Assembly: GCA_965249725.1 (NCBI GenBank)
Contig: CBDFMQ010000002.1
Span: 1,504,001 to 1,568,000 of the forward strand
Length of the DNA stretch: 64,000 bases
Source of the DNA: Longimicrobiales bacterium
GTDB lineage: Bacteria; Gemmatimonadota; Gemmatimonadetes; Longimicrobiales; Gaopeijiaceae
Reading direction: 5' to 3'
Shown: positions 10,774 to 19,467 of the stretch, piece by piece
Position numbering within the stretch: the first letter of the stretch is position 1
Layout of the letters: every line of letters begins with the position of its first letter
Notes under the pieces: generated by a model
What the model was told of the DNA's origin: nothing
What the model saw: only the letters and a program-made list of their open reading frames with translations
Database searches by the model: none
Program-made: the position numbers and the translations under genes

Positions 10774-10807
10774 CCCGCCGAGGGCACTGAAAATCCAGGA
10801 AGACCGC

Positions 10808-12583
10808 TCAGGCGGTCTTGGTTTCTCGATGAAGCGGCAGCACGAAGGTGAACCGGCTCCCCTCCCCAACTTCGGTATCGACCCGGACCTGGGTGCCGTG
10901 GGCCGCGAGAATCCCCTCCACGATCGCGAGACCGAGGCCGGCGCCGCCACCCGCCGAACGGTGGCCCTTCCAGAAGCGGTCGAAGAGGTGCTGGCGCATT
11001 TCGGGGTCGATGCCCGGCCCGGTATCGCTCACCGCGACCAGCACCCCTCCATCGGCGGATGAGGCCGTGACGGTCACCTGTCCGCCTTCCAGTGTGAACT
11101 TGAGGGCGTTGCCGATGAGGTTGGACATCACCTGGAGAATCCGGCCACGATCCGCTGCCACATGAGGGAGTCGCGGCTCGATCTCGGCGCGCAGCCGAAT
11201 TCCGTGTTCATCGGCCCGCACCCGCGCCGACGCGACGGACTCTTGGAGCATCTCAACGGTGTCCACGGGTTTCGGCCAAACGGAGAGCCGGCCCGCCTCG
11301 ATCTGAGCCACATCCAACAGATCCTGGATGAGACGGTTGATTCGGTCTGCGGCCCGGTGGATGATCTCGAGGTGTTCACCCCTCGCCTCAGACGGCAGCG
11401 GTACGTCCGCGAGGAGTTCGGCCGCAGCCGAGATCGTGCCCACCGGATTCCTCAAGTCGTGTGAGACCACGGCAAGCACCTCGTCACGGGCCCGGACAGC
11501 CGCGCGCAGCGCCTCCTGTGCCGCACGCATCTCGGTCATGTCGGTGATCGTCAACACAACTCCCCTGACCTCCAGTCCATCCTTCATGGGACTCACGCTG
11601 AGCTGCACAGGGAAGGAGGACCCGTCCTTGCGCCAAACGACATCGTCCAGCACACGGATGGTGTCACCCGTCGCCAGCGAGGTCCGCACCGGACACTCAT
11701 CGGAGGGGTGGGGCGTGCCGTCGGGATGGGTATGGTGGATCAGCGGATGGAGCGACTGACCACGCAACTCCCTGGGGGAGTATCCCAGCAGTTCTGCGCC
11801 GGCCTCATTCAGGAAGGTGCAACGTCCCTCGAGATCGAGACCTACGAGCACGTCGCCCGTCCCCCCCAAAACCGCTCGGAGTCCGCGGCGAGCGGCCACG
11901 GTCTCCTGGCGTCGCCGTGTCTCGTTCCGCACCAACTCCTGCAGGCGGAACCCTACCATCCCCATGGCCAGCGCTCCCACGACCGCGAGCAAGATCGTGC
12001 CGATAGAGACCCAGAGCTGAATGAGAGCCTGGCGGTCCCACCTGACGGACGCGGACGCCGCGTCACGAATCAGCCGGTCCTCGAAGGCTCGTGTCTCGGC
12101 GCGCACCGCCTCGTAACGTGCGCGATCGTCCTCGAGTCTCTCTCCGAACTCCTCGGGACTGATGGCGATCACGCCACCCTCCATGAGGGGCGCGTGCAGT
12201 ACCTGCCAATCGCTGATGCGCATCTCGAGCTGAGTCAACTCCCTCAGGTACGAAAAGGAGGAGGGCATCTCTCCGATCACCTGCTCGAGCTCATCCAGCC
12301 GAGAGGATTCCCTTTCCAGATCCTCCCGGTAGAGCTGCAAGAAGACCGTATCGCCGGAGGCGACGAACTGCTCCACTCGCATCATCTGATTCGAGTGGGA
12401 CAGGGCGATCTCGGGAATGAGCGGTCGCGCCTCTGAGAAGACGTCGATATCGCGCTCGAGGTCGGCCTGTTGCCGCTCGAGGAACCATGGGATCAGGGCG
12501 AGGGACAACAACGCCACGAAGGACACCCCCAAGGAGAGTATCCACCCCGACCTACCGACCCGCGGCTCACCGCTAGAAGACAT
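10808..12583 (-). CDS. Membrane PAS-domain sensor histidine kinase
   Basis: Two transmembrane helices, PAS domain, VVSHDLRNP, NLIGNALKF, GAGLGLAIV. Confidence 0.88.
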   Translation of the reverse strand: MSSSGEPRVGRSGWILSLGVSFVALLSLALIPWFLERQQADLERDIDVFSEARPLIPEIALSHSNQMMRVEQFVASGDTVFLQLYREDLERESSRLDELEQVIGEMPSSFSYLRELTQLEMRISDWQVLHAPLMEGGVIAISPEEFGERLEDDRARYEAVRAETRAFEDRLIRDAASASVRWDRQALIQLWVSIGTILLAVVGALAMGMVGFRLQELVRNETRRRQETVAARRGLRAVLGGTGDVLVGLDLEGRCTFLNEAGAELLGYSPRELRGQSLHPLIHHTHPDGTPHPSDECPVRTSLATGDTIRVLDDVVWRKDGSSFPVQLSVSPMKDGLEVRGVVLTITDMTEMRAAQEALRAAVRARDEVLAVVSHDLRNPVGTISAAAELLADVPLPSEARGEHLEIIHRAADRINRLIQDLLDVAQIEAGRLSVWPKPVDTVEMLQESVASARVRADEHGIRLRAEIEPRLPHVAADRGRILQVMSNLIGNALKFTLEGGQVTVTASSADGGVLVAVSDTGPGIDPEMRQHLFDRFWKGHRSAGGGAGLGLAIVEGILAAHGTQVRVDTEVGEGSRFTFVLPLHRETKTA

Positions 12584-12645
12584 CGACCCCCTTCTGCCGT
12601 AGCGACCTGGTGCCCAGGCACACGCTTCGGCCTATCCTTCGACTC

Positions 12646-13719
12646 ATGGAGCACATCCTCTTCACCGGGTTCCCGGGATTCCTGGGAAGCCAGTTGCTGT
12701 TTCGACTACTGACCCGGCACGCCCAGGCCCAGGCCCACTGCCTCGTCCAACCCGCTTTCACCCCGCTGGCCAGACGTACTCTGCAAGAACTCGGCCCTGA
12801 CATCTCTGAGCGGGTCGAACTGATCGAGGGAGACATCACCCGCCCTGGTCTCGGGCTCAACTCGACGAAATGGCTCAACTCGGTGGATCACGCGTTCCAT
12901 CTGGCCGCGATCTACGATCTCGACACGTCACGGAGGCGGGCCCTGTCGGTCAATCTGGAGGGCACACGCAACCTGCTGGCTCTCCTGGACGAGTGCTCGA
13001 ACCTAAGACGCTTGCACTACGTGAGCACGTGTTATGTGAGTGGCAGGCACCCTGATGTGTTCCATGAGGTGGATCTGGACGTCGGCCAGTCCTTCAACAA
13101 CGTGTACGAGGAGACCAAGTTCCTGGCGGAGGGCGCAGTGCGTGACTGGAGCGCCAACGGCGGCCCCGTTACCGTGTACCGGCCCGCCTCGGTCGTCGGG
13201 GATTCGGATACGGGAGCGACCCAAAAATACGACGGCTCCTACTTCGTCTTGAAGCTGATCCTGAAGCAAGGCAGAACGGCGGTCATCCCCCTCCTGGGTG
13301 GCGGCGAGGCGCGGGTCAACTTCGTCCCGCGAGACTTCGTCACGAGTGCCATCGACTTTCTTTCGAGCCGGTCCTCGACTCTCGGGCACACCTTTCACCT
13401 GGCGGACCCGGACCCCTACACCGCAAACGAAGTCATCGACCTCATGGGGCGCATCACCGGCCGGCGCATCCTGCGGGCACGACTCCCCCACGCCTTGGCG
13501 GATTGGGCGACCCAGCGGGTACCCGCGGTCCGGCGTTGGACCGGCATCCCCGCAGGTGCCTTGGGCTACTTCACACACCCCACGCTCTATGCCACTGATG
13601 CCACCGAACGGGCGTTGGAAGGGAGTGGGCTACGGGTGCCGCGATTCGACTGTTATCTCCCGCGGCTGGCGGACTTCGTGGAAGCCCACCCGGAGATCGG
13701 GTCCGACCCCATGGCCTAG
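12646..13719 (+). CDS. Extended SDR (NAD_binding_4 / male-sterility-like) oxidoreductase
   Basis: TGFPGFLG, HLAA, YVST and YEETK motifs. Confidence 0.85.
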   Translation: MEHILFTGFPGFLGSQLLFRLLTRHAQAQAHCLVQPAFTPLARRTLQELGPDISERVELIEGDITRPGLGLNSTKWLNSVDHAFHLAAIYDLDTSRRRALSVNLEGTRNLLALLDECSNLRRLHYVSTCYVSGRHPDVFHEVDLDVGQSFNNVYEETKFLAEGAVRDWSANGGPVTVYRPASVVGDSDTGATQKYDGSYFVLKLILKQGRTAVIPLLGGGEARVNFVPRDFVTSAIDFLSSRSSTLGHTFHLADPDPYTANEVIDLMGRITGRRILRARLPHALADWATQRVPAVRRWTGIPAGALGYFTHPTLYATDATERALEGSGLRVPRFDCYLPRLADFVEAHPEIGSDPMA

Positions 13720-14264
13720 GTCAGAAGGGCGCGCTCAACCAGGTCTGCAAGGCGCTCCGATAGATCCGGAGCATTCAGGTCCATCACCGGAATCGGGAGC
13801 TCGAGGTCGACCGCGTCCGTGACCAGGGCCAGAAAGTGCTCGGCTCCTTCTCCGTCGGCTCGGTACACCGGTTCGGAGTGTGCTTCGGGGCGGTGGACTT
13901 CGATCTTGGGGATGGCGGCCTTCTTGTAGCCCTCCACGACGACGATCTCGGCGTCGGAGACGAATCGCCGCACGACCTCGTCGAGCGGCGGCTCCCCCTC
14001 GGGGCCCCACTCTCCCATCACCACGCACTCATCCGGGCCGACGAGAACGACGCGACAGGCGTGACCCTCATTGCGCAGCCGCCAGGAGTCGGTGCCGGGC
14101 GTATCGATATCGAACCCATGCCCATGTTTGACGACCATGACCCTTCGTCCGCGTCGCTCCAACGCCCCGACGAGCCCCACCGCCACCGACGTCTTGCCAC
14201 TGTCCTTGAACCCGATGACGCTCACCACGGGCGGAGTAGCCTCCTCTGACGGGTGCAGGCTCAT
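13716..14264 (-). CDS. mobB: Molybdopterin-guanine dinucleotide biosynthesis protein B
   Basis: GFKDSGKT, VKH, DSWR, VEGYK. Confidence 0.9.
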   Translation of the reverse strand: MSLHPSEEATPPVVSVIGFKDSGKTSVAVGLVGALERRGRRVMVVKHGHGFDIDTPGTDSWRLRNEGHACRVVLVGPDECVVMGEWGPEGEPPLDEVVRRFVSDAEIVVVEGYKKAAIPKIEVHRPEAHSEPVYRADGEGAEHFLALVTDAVDLELPIPVMDLNAPDLSERLADLVERALLT

Positions 14265-14890
14265 CGGGTGCCCCCGGGTGTCGCCGCGATCAACTCCGTC
14301 GCCCGCGCCGCATCCGCCTCGGTGTTGACGTTCAAGAATACGGTCGCCGGGTCCGCCACATCAGAGATCCGCTCCTCACTCACAACATCTGCGTCCACGG
14401 CCTTGAGCAGCCCGTGCAGAGAGCGATCGTCGGAGCGGATCCTGCGCTCGATCTCCGAAAGACAGGCGGACCGGTAGAGCGCACAGAGGGGCTGGAGGCC
14501 GTCGGTACTCTCCGGAGCCACAGCGAGCGCCGCAGATTCGTGGTTCATCACCAATCGGATCAGGTCCGCGGTAACCAAGGGCATATCGCACCCGAGAAGG
14601 AAGACCGCGGTTTCGCCTCGCTCCTCCACCCACTCCAGGGCCGTCCACAGACCACCGATAGGTCCAAGGCCAGTCTCGATATCGGGACGTATAGGGATAC
14701 CCAGGGCCCTGCCGATGTCCTCGTCGGACGTGACTACGCCCACGGTCAGACCCGCGTTTCGAAGGGCGTTCACACTCCGACCCGCCAAGGATACGCCACC
14801 CACCTCGGCCAAGGCCTTGGAATGACCGAACCGGCGACTCGCACCGCCGGCAAGGACGACTCCGAAGACGCGCTCCACAGCCCCACTCAC
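14261..14890 (-). CDS. mobA: Molybdenum cofactor guanylyltransferase
   Basis: LAGGASRRFG..K, GPIGG, CDMP, NVNT. Confidence 0.9.
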   Translation of the reverse strand: MSGAVERVFGVVLAGGASRRFGHSKALAEVGGVSLAGRSVNALRNAGLTVGVVTSDEDIGRALGIPIRPDIETGLGPIGGLWTALEWVEERGETAVFLLGCDMPLVTADLIRLVMNHESAALAVAPESTDGLQPLCALYRSACLSEIERRIRSDDRSLHGLLKAVDADVVSEERISDVADPATVFLNVNTEADAARATELIAATPGGTR

Positions 14891-15735
14891 TCCGCAACAC
14901 GCTCCGGGCCGGCGTAGATGTTGAATCCCTCGGCCCGAGTGAATCCGAGGAGCGTCATGTTGAAGGTGTGGGCAAGCTCCACCGCCAGACTGGAGGGAGC
15001 GCCAACGGCGGTCACGATAGGAATGCCGGCCGCCACGGCCTTCTGCATGATCTCGAAGGAAGCTCGGCCCGAGACGGCGAGGATGGTCCGTCCGAGCGGC
15101 AGCTCCCCAGCGAGAAAGGCCTCGCCCACGACCTTGTCGACGGCATTGTGTCGCCCCACGTCCTCCTTGAGAGACAGGAGCTGCCCCGTCTCGTCGAACC
15201 GCCCCGCAGCGTGAATCCCACCGGTACGATCGAAGAGTCCTTGCTCGGCCCGCAGGATCCCCGGAAGGCCCGTGAGCACCTCCGCTGGCACCTTCAACCC
15301 TTCGTCGGGCAATGGCTCACAGCCACCGATTTCCACCGCCTCGAGAGACGCCTTGCCACACACTCCGCAACTCGAGGTCATATAGAAATTTCTGGAGAGA
15401 GATTCGGGATCGAACGGCGTCTCGGGACGTAACCTCACCTGTACGATGTTGTACGTCTGAGGCTCGTCCCCTTGGCAGTAGTTGATCTCCGATACCTGGT
15501 CTCGGTGCTGCAGAATCCCCTCTCCCGAGAGAAATCCGGCGGCCAACTCGAAATCGCTCCCGGGAGTCCGCATCGTCACGGAGATCGCCGACATATGTCG
15601 GGCCCCGTCTCGCGTATGTTCGATCCGAATCTCGAGCGGCTCCTCGACGGCGACCACGTCCTTGCGATCCAGAAGGCGGCCGTCGACGTGCCGTCGGATG
15701 CGGACGTTGGAGAGGCCTTTGCCCGGCGAAATCAC
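14887..15735 (-). CDS. fdhD: Formate dehydrogenase accessory sulfurtransferase
   Basis: MRTPG, SSCGVCG, EDVGRHNAVDK. Confidence 0.93.
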   Translation of the reverse strand: MISPGKGLSNVRIRRHVDGRLLDRKDVVAVEEPLEIRIEHTRDGARHMSAISVTMRTPGSDFELAAGFLSGEGILQHRDQVSEINYCQGDEPQTYNIVQVRLRPETPFDPESLSRNFYMTSSCGVCGKASLEAVEIGGCEPLPDEGLKVPAEVLTGLPGILRAEQGLFDRTGGIHAAGRFDETGQLLSLKEDVGRHNAVDKVVGEAFLAGELPLGRTILAVSGRASFEIMQKAVAAGIPIVTAVGAPSSLAVELAHTFNMTLLGFTRAEGFNIYAGPERVAE

Positions 15736-15739
15736 GTGG

Positions 15740-16234
15740 TCAGACCCCCGCGAGCGCCATGAGGATCTGTGCGGGAAGCCACCCCAACCAAGCCGTCAAG
15801 AGAGCCTTGCCCGTGCCGAAGTCGAGAGCCTGGCGAATCGCCACGATGCCCGTCACGAGCATCCAGATGCCCACGACGCCCCTCACTGCGAAGCCTAGGG
15901 GTAGAATCGCGAGCACGAGTAGGATGCCAGGCGCCTGGGCAAAACCCAGAGTACGGAGCAGCTCGCCCCAGGTGGCGGTCCCTCCGAAGATCTTGTCTCC
16001 GACCACGTAGGTGACGCCCGCCCAGATCACCCACGCGAGGAGCGCGGCCAACGGTCCGATGATGAGGCCTCGACTAGGCCCACCGATCCCTGCTACGGCC
16101 TGCGCTACGGCGACCATGGCCACGACTCCGGCCGCTTGCGCCGTCAGGCTCTCGTCGGCCTCGACCTCTTCGTAGACCTCCACGTCGAGCATCGCGGCGC
16201 CGAGCATCCGGTCCATCATCGTGCGTTCAGACAT
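15740..16234 (-). CDS. YIP1-like membrane protein
   Basis: Several transmembrane helices; YEEVEAD...LRTLGFAQAP. Confidence 0.6.
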   Translation of the reverse strand: MSERTMMDRMLGAAMLDVEVYEEVEADESLTAQAAGVVAMVAVAQAVAGIGGPSRGLIIGPLAALLAWVIWAGVTYVVGDKIFGGTATWGELLRTLGFAQAPGILLVLAILPLGFAVRGVVGIWMLVTGIVAIRQALDFGTGKALLTAWLGWLPAQILMALAGV

Positions 16235-16277
16235 GATCAGTGGCCTCCGGTCAGATTGGGCTGCCCATGAAGATAGA

Positions 16278-17102
16278 TCATGGCCCGTCCGAAGCGGAGG
16301 GAACGAACGCCACGATACGCAGTGGCCCGCCGCTTCCGCCCTCGATTTTCATGGGTAGAGCAACGACAAAGGCGCCCGTCTCGGGAACACTGCCCAGATT
16401 GGCGACGTTCTCGAAGCCGGGCGTATTGGACGAGTAGAGAATCACGTGGGTCTCAAAGCCCGTGGACTGCCCGTAGTCGATGCTCGGCGTGTCGATCCCC
16501 ACCGCGGCGACCGCACGCTGCTCGACGATCCACCGGGCCGCCTCGGGATGAATGCCGGGAAAGTGCAACTCGGGCACGGCATCGGGGCCCGTCCGATCGG
16601 TGCCCAAATAGGCCAGGCGGTCCGGCCAGCGCTCGCCCCAGCCGGTCCTGAACAGCAGGATCGAGCCGTCGGGAATGCGGCCATGTTCGACCTCCCATGA
16701 CTCGAGATCCGCGGCGGAGATCAGGTAGTCCGGAGTCGCCTGGTCCGACACGTCCACGACGACCGCCGGTGCGATCAGGCGGTCCAGAGGAATCTCGTCG
16801 GCCTTCATGCCACCACGGAAGAAGTGGAAGGGCGCATCCAGATGGGTGCCACCATGCTCGGCGGTCGATACCCCGTAGGAGCTGTAGAAATAACCCGCCT
16901 CGGTCTCACCGTAGGCCAGCTCGTCCAACTGGAAGCCACCCGCCGTCGGCCAATAGATGGTCTCGTCCGAGTAGGCATAGCTCAGGTCGATCCAGCTTCC
17001 ACCGGAGCCATCGAAGACCGCCGAGTAATCCACCTGTCCGGCGGGTGCCTGACATCCCATGACCACCGCCAAGCCCGCGACGCACGCCAGTGAACCACGC
17101 AT
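16278..17102 (-). CDS. Cyclase family (kynurenine formamidase-like) lipoprotein
   Basis: HGGTHLDAPFHF, GIDTPSID, GGPLR; N-terminal lipobox. Confidence 0.88.
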   Translation of the reverse strand: MRGSLACVAGLAVVMGCQAPAGQVDYSAVFDGSGGSWIDLSYAYSDETIYWPTAGGFQLDELAYGETEAGYFYSSYGVSTAEHGGTHLDAPFHFFRGGMKADEIPLDRLIAPAVVVDVSDQATPDYLISAADLESWEVEHGRIPDGSILLFRTGWGERWPDRLAYLGTDRTGPDAVPELHFPGIHPEAARWIVEQRAVAAVGIDTPSIDYGQSTGFETHVILYSSNTPGFENVANLGSVPETGAFVVALPMKIEGGSGGPLRIVAFVPSASDGP

Positions 17103-17213
17103 GACTGTCTCCTTTTGATCACCCTTTGATCACCCATTGATCTCCTAGGGAAGTACTAGACTCCCCCGTCTGACGATGGGGCGCAATCCCACATCCAGCC
17201 CCCTGGAACGAGA

Positions 17214-17246
17214 AGCGCCTCGCCGGATCCGGTCCGGCGAGGCGCT
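17214..17246. terminator. Perfect 14-bp inverted-repeat hairpin, probable terminator
   Basis: agcgcctcgccgga-tccgg-tccggcgaggcgct just 3' of the 17272-17550 gene. Confidence 0.55.
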
Positions 17247-17271
17247 CTTCTCATCGAGATCGGTCCCCGCG

Positions 17272-17550
17272 TCAGTCCTCCAGCAGCGGCTTCTTCGCAT
17301 CCGAAGCGCCCAGCGACACTCCGGTGCCCACACCCGCGCCGAACGCCACTGCGGTTCCGACCCCGACGAGCGGTAGCACGGCGACGATGGGAGACGCCAC
17401 GATCGTCGCGGCGACACCTGCCGCGAGGCCGATGCCCGGCTTCTCCACCACGCTCGTGAACCGCAACTTCCGACCCACGAACTTCCGGGACTTCATATGT
17501 CCGACGATCCCCACGGCCGCAGCCACGCCCAAGCCGATCAACTCAAACAT
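17272..17550 (-). CDS. Small hypothetical membrane protein
   Basis: Gly/Ala-rich hydrophobic ORF with an AAGGA RBS. Confidence 0.6.
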   Translation of the reverse strand: MFELIGLGVAAAVGIVGHMKSRKFVGRKLRFTSVVEKPGIGLAAGVAATIVASPIVAVLPLVGVGTAVAFGAGVGTGVSLGASDAKKPLLED

Positions 17551-17788
17551 CTTGCATCCTTGCCTTAGAGTCCTGTGGGCTCCTGTCCCACATCACTCCT
17601 ACCCCTACGGCCCCCCGTCGAGGTCCGTTTCGACGGTGCCTGCCGGCGCCTCCATTCGCACGGGACGGGTCGGTGTCGCCAAAGATCCGCTTTGCCAATC
17701 AAGGAGCGCAAACGAACCGTGGCCGGCTCGGACCTGGCCGAAGGCAGACCGGTGCGCGAACTTCCCCCTCCCCGGCAATCGACGGCCC

Positions 17789-18073
17789 TCATTTCTTCCA
17801 GGAGGCGTGCCGTTCGGGTCCCACCTCTTCTCGGAGGTCATCGGAATTGGCGACGATCTGTTGGACCTGTTGAACTAGTCTCCTCGTCCTCAGAACACGA
17901 CCGACGACACGGTTGGCGAGGGCGATCAATCCCATGCTACCGACGACCAAACCGACGAGATTGTTGAACGCAAACAACAACAGGACAGCGACGATCAACC
18001 ACCGCCACCGAGCCGCTACCCAATCCACCAGGATTTCCTGCCAGTCTCGTGATTCCTCACCTGACATCGTCAT
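17789..18073 (-). CDS. Small hypothetical membrane protein
   Basis: Two hydrophobic segments. Confidence 0.45.
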   Translation of the reverse strand: MTMSGEESRDWQEILVDWVAARWRWLIVAVLLLFAFNNLVGLVVGSMGLIALANRVVGRVLRTRRLVQQVQQIVANSDDLREEVGPERHASWKK

Positions 18074-18433
18074 GATCTTGGGCTCACTCCCTCATGACAG
18101 GCGACGCGATTCCACTCCGCACGACTATGCCGATCTCCGGCTTCGGATGCAATCGGGATGCGATCGAGAAAGGAGGCGAGGTAACTAGGTCCGTGCGAGA
18201 GAGCCTCATGGTCGCCTCCTTGGATCAGTGTTAAGGACTATCTGCATGGAGGTGAGAGTCTGAAGCTCACCCTGCGGCAAGGCCCCCGGCCTCCAACCGG
18301 GGACCGGGAGTACCTGTCGCTTCGAGGCCTTGTCGACTACCGCTTCTTCTTCGCCTGGGACCACGGACGCACCCGACACCGGACTTCCCTCGTCGTCAGT
18401 CGAACCCGACCGCATCGAACCGTCACACCGCCT

Positions 18434-18477
18434 AGTGGGCGGTGGCAGCTTCGAACTGCCGACCTCCTGGGTGTAAA
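18434..18477 (-). repeat. attR: displaced 3' fragment of tRNA-Val
   Basis: 43/44 identical to 40953-40996; identity begins exactly at the anticodon loop TTTACAC. Confidence 0.93.
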
Positions 18478-18606
18478 GAATGCTACGGACCGGTGGTGGA
18501 TTCGGCCAGAAACCGCGTAATCCCTTGTGGTACCTCAGCAAGAGCCTTCCGACACAACCGAATCCAACCGCTCAAAGCACGCAAGATCACCGTTCTTGAC
18601 CGCCTC

Positions 18607-18631
18607 GTGGGATGCAAATGGGATGCAAAGC
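18607..18631 (+). repeat. Arm-type integrase-binding repeat (GGGATGCAAA x2)
   Basis: 24/25 identical to 40861-40885. Confidence 0.7.
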
Positions 18632-18741
18632 TGGCGCAAGGCCGCCCCCATGCGCTCAAGCTATGGGTGATGCTGAGGTTGGGCGATGGCCGGATGGGGC
18701 ATACGGCGAACCGCAGAATCGACTTGTTTGACTCGTACCCG

Positions 18742-19467
18742 CTACTCGATCACCGTGCGAAGCTGGTCACGAACCGCTTCGAAGCTCACACGTAGCACAA
18801 CAAGTTGGTTTAGGGCGAACTTCGCGTAATAGCGGCGAGTCTCAACGAGATTGATGGCGTCGAGGTCGCGAGGAAGTGTCGCGTGGTCGACAGGGATCGC
18901 GACGGCCTCCTCGTTGAATACTGAGCCGCGCGACACCACAGTATTGATGCGCCATTCGAAGGTGTCATGGAGGTCGACGTAGCGAGCGAGGCCCGGTGTG
19001 AGCGCCTCCAGGACGAAGGACCGCGCGGCTTGTTCGTCCTCTTGGTAGTCCCCGAGCGCGGCTGGCCAGTCGGCCAAGCGACTCTGAAGAGCCTGGCTTC
19101 GTATCAAGTCGAGGCTGCCTGAAGCGATGAGGGCGTCGAGCGTGCCTCGCTGCGGGTCCGCAGTTGGCGTGAGGAATAGGGACGCTAGCGCCGAAATACT
19201 CACTGTCGCGTCGCTCGTTGCTGCACCACGAAGTTGCTCAAGGATGGCATCAGCCCCCGAGACTACCTCGGCGTGCCGCTGTTCGACTCGGTCCAGCTCA
19301 ACCTCGGCTCCGTTAAACTCGACGAGAAGCGCACGGAGCACTTCGTCTTCCTCTTTGGCTCGCTGCTGACCGCCCCACCAAGCCTCCAAGGCGAACGCCA
19401 TCAGAATGCTGACCACGATCACCACGCCTTCCACGAAGACGCGCAGCCAAGGGACCTGACGGTTCAA
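18742..19467 (-). CDS. N-terminal TM-anchored helical protein (DUF6090-like)
   Basis: EGVVIVVSILMAF..W and LIASGSLDLIRS; paralog of the cassette genes at 29093-29797 and 26825-27481. Confidence 0.65.
   Translation of the reverse strand: MNRQVPWLRVFVEGVVIVVSILMAFALEAWWGGQQRAKEEDEVLRALLVEFNGAEVELDRVEQRHAEVVSGADAILEQLRGAATSDATVSISALASLFLTPTADPQRGTLDALIASGSLDLIRSQALQSRLADWPAALGDYQEDEQAARSFVLEALTPGLARYVDLHDTFEWRINTVVSRGSVFNEEAVAIPVDHATLPRDLDAINLVETRRYYAKFALNQLVVLRVSFEAVRDQLRTVIE

Noticed and set aside
18434..18477. Second tRNA-Val gene
   Set aside because: Only the 3' half is present; the 5' acceptor strand and D arm are absent.
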